From Octopus bimaculoides (lineage: Eukaryota): a stretch of DNA of 51,814 nucleotides. The stretch spans positions 58,223,695-58,275,508 of the forward strand of contig NC_068983.1 of assembly GCF_001194135.2 (NCBI RefSeq). The letters run 5' to 3'. Each line of letters starts with the position of its first letter. Within the stretch, counting starts at the first letter, position 1. Shown here piece after piece: positions 48,488-51,814 of the stretch. The notes beneath the pieces are model-generated. The model saw only the letters and a program-made list of their open reading frames with translations, searched no databases and was not told the DNA's origin. A program made the translations under genes and the position numbers.

Positions 48488-48650
48488 AGTGACACAGAGT
48501 GTGACAAGGCTGGCCATTTGAAATACAGGTACTACTCATTTTTGCCTGCTGAGTGGACTGGAGCAATGTGAAATAAAGTATCTTGCTCAAGGACACTACG
48601 CGTCACTGGGAATTGAACTCACGACCTTACAATCATGAGCTGAATGCCCT
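48488..48650 (-). mobile_element. SINE family D, 5' part
   Basis: GTGACACAGAGTGTGACAAGGCTGGCC...GGAATTGAACTC. Confidence 0.8.
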
Positions 48651-49440
48651 NNNNNNNNNNNNNNNNNNNNNNNNNNNNNNNNNNNNNNNNNNNNNNNNNN
48701 NNNNNNNNNNNNNNNNNNNNNNNNNNNNNNNNNNNNNNNNNNNNNNNNNNNNNNNNNNNNNNNNNNNNNNNNNNNNNNNNNNNNNNNNNNNNNNNNNNNN
48801 NNNNNNNNNNNNNNNNNNNNNNNNNNNNNNNNNNNNNNNNNNNNNNNNNNNNNNNNNNNNNNNNNNNNNNNNNNNNNNNNNNNNNNNNNNNNNNNNNNNN
48901 NNNNNNNNNNNNNNNNNNNNNNNNNNNNNNNNNNNNNNNNNNNNNNNNNNNNNNNNNNNNNNNNNNNNNNNNNNNNNNNNNNNNNNNNNNNNNNNNGCTT
49001 GTGAATATGGAAATAATACTTGTATATAGTGTGTTGTGAATTTGCGGAAAGGAATCTCATAAAATTCAACAATTTTGTTAAAAACGGAGAAGAGAAGATG
49101 TTAAAATATTTAAGAGAATTTTAATTCATGCAGACAATCATTTTGTACGCGAAATAAAAATCAAGCCAATTCATGGTTGAATAGTAATGATTAAATTAAT
49201 TAAATTGATTATATATCATTGTACTCTTCAGTGCAAGAAGTATAAACAAAATTTTTACAAAGGACTCGAGAAAGGACATAGAAGAATAGGATCTAGGAGA
49301 TTCATATTTATCCTTATGAGAAAAAAAGAGATGTGAGTCCAGTTAGGTATTAAGGCTATAAGGATCATTTATTAATCCTATTATTGTGAGAAAAACACCC
49401 TAAGCACTAAGCTACATACTTCTGCATATATACACATATA

Positions 49441-50009
49441 TACGAGGGTGAGTCAAAAAGTAATGCCATTTTGTTTAAGACAGGTATTATTACCAACACA
49501 AGAACATGTATCTTACATCAAAATGAAACTGGTCCTCTGTGGATCACATCCCTACTTCTCAACATAGTCACTGTTTCTCTCAATAGCAATGTTCCATCTT
49601 CAAACGAGAGCATGTATCCCTGCTCCGTAAAATTCTGTTGACTGTTCTTTGAGCCACTTCTTCACTACAGTTTTCACTTCCTTGCCACTGGACTATTATC
49701 ATCATTGGCTAGCATCTCTTTGGCCCCATGAAAGAGGGTTTGAGAGGGAAACATTATTCCAGAGACGAGGAAGTGAAAACTGTAGCGAAGAAGTGGCTCA
49801 AAAAACGGTCAACAGAATTATACGGGGCAGGGATACATGCTCTCATTCAAAGGTGGAACATTGCTATTGAGAGAAATGGTGACTATGTTGAGAAGTAAGG
49901 ATGTGATCCACATAGAACCAGCTTCATTTTGATGTATGATACATGTTCCTGTGTTGGTAATTATACCTGTCCTAAACAAAATGGCATTAATTTTTGACTC
50001 ACCCTAGTA
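49441..50009. mobile_element. palindromic Tc1/mariner-derived MITE, TA target duplication, 242-bp arms
   Basis: Termini TACGAGGGTGAGTCAAAAA / TTTTTGACTCACCCTAGTA. The right arm and spacer encode the mariner C-terminus LFGPMKEGLRGKHYSRDEEVKTVAKKWLKKRSTELYGAGIHALIQRWNIAIERNGDYVEK*. Confidence 0.92.
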
Positions 50010-50169
50010 TAAATGTTGTGAGTCACAGGTGGGGATGACAAGGGACCAAGACTCCTGGTTGTTTGCTGTGCTTGAAAAGACATATCAAGCTAAATAAAAG
50101 CATGGTTTCCCTTGCATAGAGGCTCATCCTCTCCAGCTGAGCATCCCTAATCTTTTGTGCTCATAAGTA

Positions 50170-50358
50170 CTGGTGCTGTGTAAAACCACCCAGTAGACCT
50201 GGTAGAGTGGTTGACGTTACGAAGGGCATCTTGCCATAGAAACTGTGCCAAAACAGACATAGCGCCTAAAGAGCCTTTCAGCTGGTCAGATCCTGTCAAA
50301 CCATATCTAACCCATGCCAGTATGGAAAACGGACGTTAAATGATGATGATGATGATGA
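50170..50358 (+). mobile_element. SINE family B
   Basis: GGTTGACGTTACGAAGGGCATC...GGAAAACGGACGTTAAATGATGATG. Confidence 0.8.
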
Positions 50359-50360
50359 TA

Positions 50361-50414
<54 letters not shown>

Positions 50415-50429
50415 TGAGAGAACAGAGAG

Positions 50430-51814
50430 GTAATTAATAAATTATTATTTATCAATTAAAAAATTGACAAACATCACTTACAGCTGTTTCAATTCAGGCC
50501 CTCAGAAAATCAATTAATTAAATTAAAAATTATTTGTAAGTCGAATCTCTCCAGAGGTAGATAAAGCTATACCAAATAGGTGTTCAATTTCCTTATGTTG
50601 AGTAAACGGCTGCAAACCGTTAACTGATAAAATGTATACATACAGAACATAGTATAAAAATAAAAACGGAGAGACCTTAGAAGGGGAGTAAGGTTGTGTA
50701 TAATGGATTTGTAAAACAATATATTCATCTGGAGTGTTAAGTATAATAAAGCTCAAGTAGATATAATTGGTAAAAATGTCATATTATGCTATTATATCTA
50801 TTCTTATTAAATCAATTTAACTTAGTATGCAGAGTTTAATTCAAGTGTGTATAGATACTAATATATAATTAAGGTGGAAGATATTCAGGCAATAAATTAC
50901 TTATCAAAAATATCAAAATAGTTAAAAGACCTATAAGAACATTTACTCAATGTTAGGGTACAAAAAAATTATAAATAAAAATGAATAAATTAAAATAAAT
51001 AAATCAAAATAGAGTAAAGAGTGAAACTAGAGGGAAAGAGAAATTTTTTTTAAATGAATAAAGAATTATAAGTTATTACCTTACATCCTTTAAAAAATTA
51101 TTATTGAGCTAGACTAATAAAGATAAAGAGCTATTGGACAAAATTTAATTTAAAGATTAATTAATTTAAAGCATTCGTATAGTGAAATACCAGAAGTAAA
51201 TATGTTAAGTTGCTAAGGTACGGATATATGGTATTTAACATAAATAAATGAATACAAAAATAAGAATTAAAGGGAATAAAAATATGCTAATAAAAATGAT
51301 AATAAGGGCTTAAATATGGGTCAATTCAACAAGATAAAATTTTTTAATACAAATTAGTTAAATATAAAGCTCTCAAAACCAGAAGTAGGTATTCATATAG
51401 AGGTGAATGGCTAAATAAAATCGAGGAATAATTCAATTTAGGGACATACCAAAGCGAAAACAGGTAGAACTAAATGATTGTTATTTACAGTGAGTTAGGG
51501 AATAGCTACAGGTTTGGTTCATCTAGTACAATTAATTCAATTTAGAGGAGAAAAGCTTACGTAAAAACTAGGAGCAACTAAATTAGGGGCATATACAAAT
51601 TATGAACCAGTGAATGTAAACATTCATGTAAATAGATAAAAAAAACTTGAAAATTATTATACACATGAGATAGATATGCATTTAAAGTGAGAGAGAGGTG
51701 GGGGATATATGGGAATAAGTTATCGTTTTGCTTACAAGAGGTAAGTAAAAGTATACTGTAATTATATTTATGTAAGTTGAGAAATTACCAAATATAAAAA
51801 CAAAAAGTCAGGGG
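50430..51814 (-). mobile_element. long, strand-biased AT-rich non-coding segment ending in a hammerhead-like motif (possible Penelope-like pseudo-LTR/UTR)
   Basis: T-rich minus strand with no credible ORF, and CUGAGGG-CCUGAAUU-GAA-ACAGCUGU-A at 50505-50479. Confidence 0.35.

Noticed and set aside
418-49072. Long ORFs (130-424 aa) in the supplied track
   Set aside because: They are runs of X across N gaps or translations of microsatellites (poly-I, Y, M, H, CV, LS); not genes.
50523-50756. 77-aa ORF as a GIY-YIG endonuclease or mitochondrial (NUMT) fragment
   Set aside because: No GIY-YIG motif, and no recognisable mitochondrial gene in either genetic code.

Overview
AT-rich, repeat-dense animal genomic DNA from a gapped short-read assembly, with ten large N gaps (about 5.3 kb) plus several 9-10 N joins. 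The SINE, MITE and microsatellite repertoire looks like a coleoid cephalopod, most likely Octopus; this is recognition from memory, not a database result. I found no intact protein-coding gene, rRNA, true tRNA or CRISPR array. Almost all ORFs in the supplied track are microsatellite translations or span gaps. The window contains four or more tRNA-/LINE-derived SINE families, at least seven decayed REL-endonuclease (R4/Dong-like) LINE fragments mostly abutting (AAT)n, an RTE 3' end, a Ty3/Gypsy RT-RNaseH relic, a hAT relic, a palindromic mariner MITE, piggyBac-type and other MITEs, and Helentron-type non-autonomous elements. The most interesting signal is a set of minimal type I hammerhead-ribozyme motifs with palindromic stem III. 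Two sit in a ~300-bp foldback element (21.16-21.46 kb), one sits downstream of a tRNA-like Pol III promoter in an element bounded by inverted repeats (29.45-29.72 kb), and weaker ones lie at 49.1 and 50.5 kb. This architecture suggests non-autonomous Penelope-like or retrozyme-like elements. All copies here carry lesions. Also notable are a 247-bp, ~99% identical local inverted duplication (5.68-6.32 kb) and a possible Ran-GTPase-like coding relic (1.68-1.85 kb).
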